A stretch of 64,000 bases of DNA from an uncultured Clostridia bacterium. GTDB lineage: Bacteria; Bacillota; Clostridia; Oscillospirales; CAG-272. Within the stretch, counting starts at the first letter, position 1. The number at the start of each line of letters is the position of its first letter. Below the pieces are notes generated by a model, which worked only from the letters and a program-made list of their open reading frames with translations, was not told the origin of the DNA and did no database searches. The stretch is from NCBI GenBank assembly GCA_944384585.1, contig CALWTY010000001.1, positions 19,849 to 83,848 on the forward strand, given 5' to 3'. The translations under genes were made by a program, and so were the position numbers. This document shows, one piece after another, positions 36,059-44,842 of this stretch.

Positions 36059-36966
36059 TGACCGAGTCTCCCTATATGACGGTATTCACCCCCGCCTATA
36101 ACCGCGCGCACACCCTTCCCCGCCTCTACGAATCGCTGAAGAGGCAGACGCTGACCGATTTTGAGTGGATCGTCGTCAATGACGGAAGCACCGACGGCAC
36201 GGAGGAGCTGCTCCGCCGCTGGCAGGAGGAGGATAAGCCCTTCCCCCTCCGCTTCGTCACCGTTCCCAACGGCGGCAAGCCCCGCGCCATCAATACGGGA
36301 GTCGGCATGGCGAAGGGACGCTTCTTTTTCCTCGTCGATTCCGACGACTGTCTGCTGCCCGTCGCCGTCGAAAAGATGACCCGCTGGGCCAAGGAGATCG
36401 AGGAGGACCCCTCCTTCATCGGCGTCGGCGCCGCAAGGGGGCGGCCGGACGGTCAATATCTCAAAGGAGTGCCGCCGAAGACCGGCCCGCTCGGCTATGT
36501 CGACGCGACCAATCTCGAGCGCCCGCTCTACGATCTGGACGCCGATATGTGCGAGGCCTATCGCCTCTCCGACTACCGCCGCTACCCCTATTTCACCTGG
36601 GAGGGGGAGAAATTCGCGCCGGAGCAGATCACAATGAACGAAATGGCGCTCGACGGCTACCGCCTGCGCTGGCACCGGGACATCCTGTATCTCTGCGAAT
36701 ATCTCGAGGACGGGCTGACAAAAGGCAGCGCCCTGCTTGAAAAGCGGAATCCGATGGGCTACGCCGCCATGTACAATCATATGCTCAAGTACCGATACGG
36801 CTTCCTTCGCAATCTGAAAATCGCCGCCAACATGACGGCGCTTTCCCTCTACGGAAAGCACCCCGGCTATTTGAAGCAATCAAACGCGCCTGCGGCGACG
36901 CTTCTCTCTCTGCCGCTGGGGATCGCCCTGTTCTTCCGCCGCAAAGCGCAATTTTCAAAACTGTAA
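36058..36966 (+). CDS. glycosyltransferase, GT2 (GT-A) family
   Basis: MTVFTPAYNRAHTL...WIVVNDGSTD...LVDSDD. Start overlaps the upstream stop (TGATG). Confidence 0.8.
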   Translation: MTESPYMTVFTPAYNRAHTLPRLYESLKRQTLTDFEWIVVNDGSTDGTEELLRRWQEEDKPFPLRFVTVPNGGKPRAINTGVGMAKGRFFFLVDSDDCLLPVAVEKMTRWAKEIEEDPSFIGVGAARGRPDGQYLKGVPPKTGPLGYVDATNLERPLYDLDADMCEAYRLSDYRRYPYFTWEGEKFAPEQITMNEMALDGYRLRWHRDILYLCEYLEDGLTKGSALLEKRNPMGYAAMYNHMLKYRYGFLRNLKIAANMTALSLYGKHPGYLKQSNAPAATLLSLPLGIALFFRRKAQFSKL

Positions 36967-36978
36967 GGAGAGAACGAG

Positions 36979-37926
36979 ATGGCAGCCATATCCGTCATCG
37001 TCCCGCTTTATAACGCCGAGCGCACCCTTCGCCGCTGCGTCGACAGCATCCTATGCCAGACCTATCGCGATCTGACCCTGATCCTGGTGGACGACGGCTC
37101 GCAGGACGGAAGCGCCGCGATCTGCGACGAATACGCTTCCCGCGACGACCGTGTCCGCGTGATCCATAAGGAAAACGGCGGGGTCTCCTCCGCCCGCAAC
37201 GCGGGGCTGGAGCGCCTCGACTCCCCCTATGTCACCTTTATCGATTCGGACGACGTCGTCCCGCCCGATTATCTCGCCGTTCTGTTCTCCTGCCTCAATG
37301 AGGCAAGCGCCGACATCGCCGTCTGCGACGTGTCCTTCCTCCGAGGGGAAGAGGAGACGCTTCGCTTCTCCTGCCGAAAGCCTCTCATGACCGGGACCGA
37401 GGCGCTGGAGCGGCTTCTTTCCCGCCGCGAGATCAACTCCGGCCCCTGCGCCAAGCTCTTCCGCGCCGATCTGATCGGTGAGGAGCGCTTCCCGCCCATG
37501 CGCGCCTATGAGGACATGATCTTCAATCTCCGCGTCTTTCAAAAGGCCTCGCGGGTGGTGTCCTGCGCCGCCGAATACCGCTATCTCGACAATCCGCAGG
37601 GGGCGATGGCGGGGCAGAGAAAAACCCCCTCCGAGGATGTGATCGCCGCCTCCGGGCAGATCGCCGCCTTTTTAAAGGAGCATCGCGCCGACTTTTCCGA
37701 CGAACCCTTATATGCCACCGCCTCCCACCTCTTTTCCTATCTCGTCCCGCAGGCGGGGCGGAAGGAGGAGGCCGCCCGCTCCTTCGTTCGGAAGGCGGTC
37801 GCCTTTTTCCGTCTGTACAGACCGATGCTGCGGGCAAACCGCGCCTTTCCCTTCAAGGAAAAGCTCCTCTTTCTGCTCGTCTCGCACGGGCTTCTCTATC
37901 AAAACGGAAGGATATCCAAGTTATGA
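36979..37926 (+). CDS. glycosyltransferase, GT2 family
   Basis: ISVIVPLYNAERTL...ILVDDGSQD...NGGVSSARN...FIDSDD. Confidence 0.85.
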   Translation: MAAISVIVPLYNAERTLRRCVDSILCQTYRDLTLILVDDGSQDGSAAICDEYASRDDRVRVIHKENGGVSSARNAGLERLDSPYVTFIDSDDVVPPDYLAVLFSCLNEASADIAVCDVSFLRGEEETLRFSCRKPLMTGTEALERLLSRREINSGPCAKLFRADLIGEERFPPMRAYEDMIFNLRVFQKASRVVSCAAEYRYLDNPQGAMAGQRKTPSEDVIAASGQIAAFLKEHRADFSDEPLYATASHLFSYLVPQAGRKEEAARSFVRKAVAFFRLYRPMLRANRAFPFKEKLLFLLVSHGLLYQNGRISKL

Positions 37927-39080
37927 GCGCTCTTTTTCTCTACGCCCACGGCGGAAGCGGCAACCACGGCTGCGAGGCGATCGTCCGCACCACCGCCGAG
38001 CTGCTTCACGAGCAGGATATCACGCTGTTTTCCACCCGCCCGCAGGAGGATCTCCGCTGCGGGCTGTCGGAGCTTTGCCGCGTCCGGGAGGAGAAGCAGC
38101 CCTGCTCCAAAGCCTCCCCCGCCTTTCTCTCGGCATATCTGGCGCTGAAGCTCCGTCGGGACTACCGCCCCCTTGACCGCCTCCCCTTTTCCAAAGCCGC
38201 AAGGGAGGTCGGGCGCGGCGATCTCGCGCTTTCGATCGGCGGCGACAACTACTGCTACGCCGATGTGATGAGATACGTCATGCTCCACGATATTTTCCGC
38301 AGGCGGGGCGCGGCGACGATTCTCTGGGGCTGCTCCATCGAGCCCTCTCTGCTCGGACGGAAGGAGCTTGCCGACGACCTTGCCTCCTATTCCCTCATCA
38401 CCGCGCGGGAAACGATCTCCTACGAGGCGCTGAAGCGCGTCAATCCCAACACCATCCTCGTCTCCGATTCCGCCTTTTCCCTCAAGCCCCTCTTCCCCGC
38501 TCTGCCGGAGGGCTTTGCCGTCGGGAACACCGTCGGGATCAATCTGAGCCCGATGGTTCTGCAAAATGACCGGGAGGACGGGCTGACGATGCGGAATTAT
38601 CGGAAACTGATCGGGGAGATTCTGCAAAACACCGACATGACGATCGCCCTGATCCCGCACGTCATCTGGGAGGGAAACGACGACCGTCAAAGCCTCGCGG
38701 AGCTGAAGGCCTTCTTCCCGCAGGAGGAACGGATCGTCACGATCCCCGATCTCGGCTGCCGGGAGCTGAAGGGGGTCATTTCGCAGTGCCGCTTCTTCGT
38801 CGGCGCAAGGACCCACGCCACCATCGCCGCCTACTCCTCCTGCGTACCGACGCTCGTGATGGGCTACTCGATCAAATCGCGGGGGATCGCGCGGGATCTC
38901 TTCGGAAACGAGGAGGGCTATGTGCTGCCGATCGGCTCGCTCCAAGACGAGGACGCGCTGACGGAGGCCTTCCGCGCGCTGATGAAGCGGGAGGATTCTG
39001 TCAGAAAACACCTGGCCGAGGTGCTTCCCGCCTATACCGAACGGGCTCTTGCGGGAAAAACGGCGCTCGGCAAACTGTGA
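37923..39080 (+). CDS. polysaccharide pyruvyl transferase family protein
   Basis: GSGNHGCEAI N-terminus, SIGGDNY, and GARTHATIAAYSSCVPTLVMGYSIKSRG C-terminal motif. Confidence 0.75.
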   Translation: MSALFLYAHGGSGNHGCEAIVRTTAELLHEQDITLFSTRPQEDLRCGLSELCRVREEKQPCSKASPAFLSAYLALKLRRDYRPLDRLPFSKAAREVGRGDLALSIGGDNYCYADVMRYVMLHDIFRRRGAATILWGCSIEPSLLGRKELADDLASYSLITARETISYEALKRVNPNTILVSDSAFSLKPLFPALPEGFAVGNTVGINLSPMVLQNDREDGLTMRNYRKLIGEILQNTDMTIALIPHVIWEGNDDRQSLAELKAFFPQEERIVTIPDLGCRELKGVISQCRFFVGARTHATIAAYSSCVPTLVMGYSIKSRGIARDLFGNEEGYVLPIGSLQDEDALTEAFRALMKREDSVRKHLAEVLPAYTERALAGKTALGKL

Positions 39081-39108
39081 CGGCATCGCCGGATCAAGGA
39101 GAACTCGC

Positions 39109-40110
39109 ATGAATGAACTTGTCAGCGTGATCATTCCCTGCTACAACGGGGAGAAATTCATCGCCCGCTCCGTCCGCTCCGTCGCGGAGCAGGACTATCC
39201 CCGCATCGAGCTGATCGTCGTCAACGACGGCAGCACCGACCGCACCGCCGAGATCCTGCGGGAGCTGAAGCGGGAATTCGACGGGGAGGGGCGCGAACTG
39301 ATCTGCTTGTATCAGGAAAACGCCGGATTGGGAGGCGCCGTCAATGCCGGTCTGAAATCGGTACACGGGGCGTTTCTGACGCTTCTTGACGCAGACGACC
39401 GCTTTCTTCCCGGATCGATCTCGGCGCGGGCCGCCTTCCTCCGTGACCGCCGCGACTGCACCGGAGTCAGAAGCAACGGCTGGCACGTCTTCGGAGAGAA
39501 CCGATATCTTTTTGTCACCGATGAAACAGAAAAAGCGAAAGAAGATATCCTGCCCCTGCTGATGGAGGGCACGACCAACAATTGGAGCGGCAGCTATATG
39601 CTCCGCACCGACGTCCTCTTTTCTCACTATCCCGATCGGGAGATCTACCCCTCCCGTTTCGGACAGAATCTCCAGCTTCTCTGCCCCTGCGCCTTTTCCG
39701 GCAAGATCGGCTTCCTTGACATCCCGCTGACGGAATACATCCACCGCCCCTGCTCCCTGAGCAGTGCAGAGAATACCGGGGAGGCAAAGAAAAAAGAGCT
39801 GATCAACGCCGACGGCTATCACGACATCCGTCTGAAGGTGATCTCACATTTGTTCGGATCGCTTTCGGGGAACGAGGCGCGGCGATTTATCACCCTTGCC
39901 GACCGCTCCCTCTACCGTCAGCGGATGCACATCGCGATCGGAAGCGGCGACCGCGCGCTGCTCAAGGAAAGCTATCAAAGCCTTCGGGGCTGCGGCGCCT
40001 CCCTCAACGACCGCATCGATTACTATCATACGGCCTGCCGGCCGCTGTCCCTGCCGCTCCGCGCCCTGCGGAAGCTGCTCACGCGCTGCGGGAGGGGAGC
40101 CTCATGCTGA
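39109..40110 (+). CDS. glycosyltransferase, GT2 family
   Basis: VSVIIPCYNGEKFI...IVVNDGSTD...LLDADD. AAGGAGAA SD upstream. Confidence 0.85.
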   Translation: MNELVSVIIPCYNGEKFIARSVRSVAEQDYPRIELIVVNDGSTDRTAEILRELKREFDGEGRELICLYQENAGLGGAVNAGLKSVHGAFLTLLDADDRFLPGSISARAAFLRDRRDCTGVRSNGWHVFGENRYLFVTDETEKAKEDILPLLMEGTTNNWSGSYMLRTDVLFSHYPDREIYPSRFGQNLQLLCPCAFSGKIGFLDIPLTEYIHRPCSLSSAENTGEAKKKELINADGYHDIRLKVISHLFGSLSGNEARRFITLADRSLYRQRMHIAIGSGDRALLKESYQSLRGCGASLNDRIDYYHTACRPLSLPLRALRKLLTRCGRGASC

Positions 40111-40337
40111 CCGAGGCGGATTACCGCAAGGCGATCGGCGCCAATCCGGCCGCGGTCTTCTCCCTGTCGGCAAAAAGCGGAAGAGCGGCCTTCCTCCGAA
40201 AATGCCGTGAAACGACGACCCTGTCGGAATTTGCCGCCCTCTGCCTGCGTTACAGCCGTCCCACCCTCTCCGAAAAGGGGAAAAAGACCGCCGGGCGGCT
40301 GATCAGACAGCTCGGAAAAATCATTCCAAAGAAATAA
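40104..40337 (+). CDS. hypothetical small basic protein
   Basis: 77-aa ORF that fills the gap between the GT2 and permease genes and overlaps the GT2 stop by 7 nt. No recognisable motif. Confidence 0.35.
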   Translation: MLTEADYRKAIGANPAAVFSLSAKSGRAAFLRKCRETTTLSEFAALCLRYSRPTLSEKGKKTAGRLIRQLGKIIPKK

Positions 40338-40350
40338 GGTGCCGTGTATC

Positions 40351-41232
40351 ATGAAAAAGAAAACCGATGCGGCGGAGAATTTCACCACCGTCATCTCCTC
40401 CGAAAAAAAGCTCTTTGACCTCCGCCTCGGAGAGCTGTTCCGATATCGCGATCTGGTCCTTCTTCTGGTCAGACGCGACTTTGTCTCCAAATACAAGCAG
40501 ACGGTGCTGGGGCCGCTTTGGGCGGTGATCCAACCGCTTCTGACCACCGTCGTCTTTACCGTGATCTTCGGCAGTCTGGCGGGGCTGACCACCGCCGACA
40601 GCGCCCTTCCCGCCGCTGTTCCCGCCTTCCTCTTCTACATGGCGGGCACGGTTCAGTGGAGCTATTTCTCGTCCGTCGTCACCACCACCTCCGGCACCTT
40701 CATCGCCAACAGCCATGTCATGGGGAAGGTCTATTTCCCCCGTCTGGCGGTTCCTGTCGCCTCCTCGCTCTCGAATATGATCTCCCTCGGCATTCAGCTC
40801 GCCCTCTTTTGCGCCCTCTATCTGGTGCTGGCGCTGACGGGGCAGGCGCAAGCCTCCCCCGACGCGATGCTGCTGCTTCTGCCGCTTGTGATCCTGCAGC
40901 TGATGCTGCTGTCGCTGAGCTTCGGGGTCATCATCTCCTCCCTCACCACCAAGTACCGCGATCTTGCGATGCTGGTCGGCTTCGGGCTTCAGCTCTGGCA
41001 GTACGCCTCCCCCGTCGCCTACGGGCTTCGGCTGATCCCGGAGCGTTGGCTTCCGTTCTATCTTCTGAATCCCGTCACCCCCCCTCTGCTGCTCTTCCGC
41101 CGCGCCGTTTTCGGGGTCGGATGGTTTCATGCCGGCTATTATCTGCTGAGCTGGGGGATCACGCTGCTGCTCTTCGCGATCGGGGTCCTGCTCTTCAACC
41201 GCATTGAAAAGACCTTCACCGATACCGTCTGA
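40351..41232 (+). CDS. ABC-2 type polysaccharide/teichoic-acid export permease (Wzm/TagG-like)
   Basis: RDFVSKYKQTVLGPLWAVIQPLL signature and six hydrophobic segments. Confidence 0.85.
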   Translation: MKKKTDAAENFTTVISSEKKLFDLRLGELFRYRDLVLLLVRRDFVSKYKQTVLGPLWAVIQPLLTTVVFTVIFGSLAGLTTADSALPAAVPAFLFYMAGTVQWSYFSSVVTTTSGTFIANSHVMGKVYFPRLAVPVASSLSNMISLGIQLALFCALYLVLALTGQAQASPDAMLLLLPLVILQLMLLSLSFGVIISSLTTKYRDLAMLVGFGLQLWQYASPVAYGLRLIPERWLPFYLLNPVTPPLLLFRRAVFGVGWFHAGYYLLSWGITLLLFAIGVLLFNRIEKTFTDTV

Positions 41233-41271
41233 AGACGGCTTCTCCTCCATTTCATACCGAAAGGAATCATT

Positions 41272-42552
41272 ATGACAGATCAGATCATGATAAAAGCCGA
41301 GAACGTCTCGAAGGAATACCGCCTCGGCGTGATCGGCGGCACGACGCTGCGCGAGGAGCTGCAGCGCCTCGGCGCAAGGCTGCGCGGAAGGGACGACCCT
41401 ACGCGGAAGCTCGGAGAGTCGGCGCTTGCCCGCGGGGAGCGGTTTCTTGCGTTGGACGGCGTGTCCTTTGCGATCCGCAAGGGGGAGGCGGTCGGCATCA
41501 TCGGGCACAACGGCGCGGGCAAATCCACGCTTCTGAAACTGATCACGCGGGTCACCGCGCCGAGCGGCGGACGGATCGGGCTGAACGGACGGGTCGCCTC
41601 GATGCTGGAGGTGGGGACAGGCTTTCATCCCGAGCTGACGGGGCGGGAGAACATCTACATGAACGGCGCGATCCTCGGCATGAGCCGCAGCGAGATCGAC
41701 GACAAGCTCGAGCAGATCGTCGATTTTTCGGAGGTCAGACCCTTCATCGACACCCCCGTCAAGCGCTATTCGTCGGGAATGTACGTCAAGCTCGCCTTTT
41801 CGGTCGCCGCCCATCTCGATTCCGAGATCGTCATCATGGACGAGGTGCTGGCGGTGGGGGATATGGCATTTCAGAAAAAATGCCTTGACAAAATGCGGCA
41901 GGCCGCCACCGTCGAGGGGCGCACCGTCCTCTATGTCAGCCACAACATGAGTACCATCCGCCAGCTCTGCGACCGCGTGATCGTGCTGAACAAAGGAAAG
42001 ATCGTCTTCGACGGCGGCGTGGAGGAGGGGATCGAGCAATACACCAAAAGCAGCGTCGGCTTTCAGACGGTCTATGACTGCTTCGGACGGCATACCGGCT
42101 ATCACACCGACGAAAAGCTCCATATCGACACCGTTTCCTATCCGAACAAGGACTATCCCTCCTTCCGGGACGCCGAGCCGATCGAGCTGGCCGTCGACTA
42201 TACCGCATCGGAGCGACTGGAGCGGCTCGCCTTCCGCGTCACGGTCAAGACGCGGGAAAATCAGACGATCGGAATGGCGGCCTCCCCCGCCTGTCTTTGC
42301 GCCGAGAAGGGCAAAAACCGTGTGCTGCTGCGGCTGAATGCCGACGCGCTCGCGCCGGGGAAATATTGCCTGAAGCTCGTCGCCTTTTCCATGGGCGCGC
42401 TCGGCGCCAATCAGACGCACGACGTCGTCGAGACCGCCTGCGCCTTTGAAAAGCAATGCGGCGGCGATTCCGACAAATTGCTCTGGAATTCCTCCTGGTG
42501 GGGGCATCTGATGCTGCCGGAGCTGACGGCGGAGGAAACCGATCATGGCTAA
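41272..42552 (+). CDS. ABC polysaccharide export ATPase (Wzt/TagH-like) with about 170-aa C-terminal extension
   Basis: Walker A GHNGAGKST, signature YSSGMYVKL, Walker B IVIMDEVLAVGD. A non-ABC C-terminal domain follows from about residue 250. Confidence 0.85.
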   Translation: MTDQIMIKAENVSKEYRLGVIGGTTLREELQRLGARLRGRDDPTRKLGESALARGERFLALDGVSFAIRKGEAVGIIGHNGAGKSTLLKLITRVTAPSGGRIGLNGRVASMLEVGTGFHPELTGRENIYMNGAILGMSRSEIDDKLEQIVDFSEVRPFIDTPVKRYSSGMYVKLAFSVAAHLDSEIVIMDEVLAVGDMAFQKKCLDKMRQAATVEGRTVLYVSHNMSTIRQLCDRVIVLNKGKIVFDGGVEEGIEQYTKSSVGFQTVYDCFGRHTGYHTDEKLHIDTVSYPNKDYPSFRDAEPIELAVDYTASERLERLAFRVTVKTRENQTIGMAASPACLCAEKGKNRVLLRLNADALAPGKYCLKLVAFSMGALGANQTHDVVETACAFEKQCGGDSDKLLWNSSWWGHLMLPELTAEETDHG

Positions 42553-43639
42553 GGATTTTCTTTATCCGCTTCGCCGTCTGCACGGCTTTCTTCACGACGC
42601 GACGGAAGCTCATCGCAAGAAAGCCGCCTTCCTGCGGGAGGTATACCGTCCGCTGCGCCAAGAAGCAAAGGAAGATCCCGCCCTCGTCTATCTGGTACTG
42701 ACACCCTCCCACGGAAATCTCGGAGACCATGCCATCGCCCTCTCGGAGAGTTCCCTTCTTGACAGTCTCGGCATCCGATATCGGGAGATCACGGGCAGGC
42801 AGCTCTTCCCCTTCGCCCGCTTTCACCGCCTCTCCTTCATGAACCGCCACACGATCCTGATCAACGGCGGCGGCAATCTCGGCACGATCTGGTTTTCGAC
42901 CGAGCTGCTGCATCGGAGGCTCGTCCGCGCCAACCCCGATTCCCGCATCGCCATCCTTCCGAACACCATTCACTACGAACAGTCGGCGTGGGGAAGGAAG
43001 GAGGAGCAGCGGTCTTCCCGGCTCTACAACCGCCATCCCGCCCTGCTCTTCTGCGCCAGGGAAAAGACGTCCTATGAGACGATGCGCCGCCTCTACCGCC
43101 ATGTGCTGCTCTGCCCCGACGTCGTTCTGTTCCTCAACGAAAGCGAGAAGCAGGAAACCCGCCGCGGCTGTCTGCTCTGCCTCCGATCGGATATCGAACA
43201 GACGAGAACTGACGGGGACACGAAGATCATCCGTACCGAAGCGGAGGCGCTGTTCGGGAGGGACGTGCTTCTCACCGATATGTTCGTCGGTGACACGGTT
43301 CTCCCCGAGGATCGTCGGAAAACCGTGGAGGCGAAGCTGCAGGAATTCCGCTCCGCGGAGCTTGTGATCACCGACCGTCTTCACGGTATGATCTTTGCCG
43401 TCATCACCGGCACGCCCTGCATCGTGATCGACAGCAAAAGCCCGAAGGTGCGGGGCTGCTACGAGTGGGTCAGAGACCTGCCCTATCTTCGCTTTGCCGA
43501 CCGTCCGGAGCAAATCGGAGAGCTGTTCCGGCAGATCCCCGATCAGCGCTTTCTGTATGATCCCGAACGCTTTGCGGAATACCGCGAAAAGCTTCTTCTG
43601 GCGCTTCGGGAGCTTTGCGATTGTCCCCCTGCCCCCTGA
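42545..43639 (+). CDS. polysaccharide pyruvyl transferase family protein (second copy type)
   Basis: HGNLGDHAI, INGGGNLG and ITDRLHGMIFAVITGTPCIVID motifs. Overlaps the Wzt stop by 8 nt. Confidence 0.75.
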   Translation: MAKDFLYPLRRLHGFLHDATEAHRKKAAFLREVYRPLRQEAKEDPALVYLVLTPSHGNLGDHAIALSESSLLDSLGIRYREITGRQLFPFARFHRLSFMNRHTILINGGGNLGTIWFSTELLHRRLVRANPDSRIAILPNTIHYEQSAWGRKEEQRSSRLYNRHPALLFCAREKTSYETMRRLYRHVLLCPDVVLFLNESEKQETRRGCLLCLRSDIEQTRTDGDTKIIRTEAEALFGRDVLLTDMFVGDTVLPEDRRKTVEAKLQEFRSAELVITDRLHGMIFAVITGTPCIVIDSKSPKVRGCYEWVRDLPYLRFADRPEQIGELFRQIPDQRFLYDPERFAEYREKLLLALRELCDCPPAP

Positions 43640-43669
43640 TCTCCGTTTCAGAAAGGATCGTATTCCATC

Positions 43670-44692
43670 ATGCCGCTCATCAGCATAATCGTGCCCGTTT
43701 ATCGGGTCGAAGCCTATCTTGACCGCTGCGTCGAAAGCCTCCTTGCCCAGACCTTCCGTGACTTTGAGCTGATCCTGGTCGACGACGGCAGCCCTGACCG
43801 CTGTCCCGCCCTCTGCGACGAATGGGCAGAGCGGGACGGCCGTATCCGCGTGATCCACAAGCAAAACGGGGGACTGTCCTCCGCCCGGAACGCCGGGCTT
43901 GACGTGATGGAGGGGGACTATGTGATCTTTGTCGACAGCGACGACGCCGTCCATCCGCAGATGCTGGCGCTTCTTCTTTCGGCGCTGACCGAGACCGACG
44001 CCGATATCGCCGTTGCGGAATTTGAAGTATTTTCTTCCGATGCGCTGCCCCCCTCCGCCTCCGAGGAGATCCGGAACCCGCCGCTGACGCTTCTTGATCT
44101 CTCGGCGGGATTCACAAACAAGCTCTTTGCCGAGTTCTCCAATTCCCCCTGGATGAAGCTCTACCGAAGGCAGCTCTTCGAGGCTCTCCGCTTCCGGGAG
44201 GGGCTGCTGTATGAGGATCTGCACCTCAAGCCCTATCTCCTCCTTCACCCCTCGGTCAGACGCATCGTGCAGTGCGGGGCGGTGCTGTATTACTACTACA
44301 AGAGCGCGGAAAACGTCTCGATCATGCAATCGGCCCTCACCCCCGCCAAGCTTCATTCCGCGATCTTCAGCAGCCTCGACCATTACCGCCTCTACAAAAG
44401 GGAGGGACTGTCGGAGTTAGCTTTCGTCGTCTCTTATCAGCTCATGCTGAATTTCGTCGTCGCCTCTCTTGCCGCGCATCGGAACAAGGCGCTTCGCAAA
44501 TCCTTCTATTCCCACTATTCCCGCTGCTTCTTTCACTTCCTCTTTCTCCCCCCCGCCATGCTTTCTTTCAAGAACAAGCTGGTTTTCTTCTCGACCGCCC
44601 TGCCCTTTCGGGCGCTGAAGGATCGCTACCGCAGGATGTTTCGGCAGGAACGGGCGCTTCAGCAGCCGAATAATTTCCTCAATTATGTCTGA
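43670..44692 (+). CDS. glycosyltransferase, GT2 family (tandem paralog A)
   Basis: ISIIVPVYRVEAYL...ILVDDGSPD...NGGLSSARN...FVDSDD. 340 aa. Confidence 0.85.
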   Translation: MPLISIIVPVYRVEAYLDRCVESLLAQTFRDFELILVDDGSPDRCPALCDEWAERDGRIRVIHKQNGGLSSARNAGLDVMEGDYVIFVDSDDAVHPQMLALLLSALTETDADIAVAEFEVFSSDALPPSASEEIRNPPLTLLDLSAGFTNKLFAEFSNSPWMKLYRRQLFEALRFREGLLYEDLHLKPYLLLHPSVRRIVQCGAVLYYYYKSAENVSIMQSALTPAKLHSAIFSSLDHYRLYKREGLSELAFVVSYQLMLNFVVASLAAHRNKALRKSFYSHYSRCFFHFLFLPPAMLSFKNKLVFFSTALPFRALKDRYRRMFRQERALQQPNNFLNYV

Positions 44693-44842
44693 AACGATAG
44701 AATTATCTGCCGAGACATGGTATAATGAAGATATACCGAAACGCAATTACTGCCTCAGCTCAGGCAGATCAAAGAGTTTTTGGCTATCTTCGCTTTGCCG
44801 ACCGTCCCCTGACCGCTGTTTCAGAAAGGAACGTACTTCATC

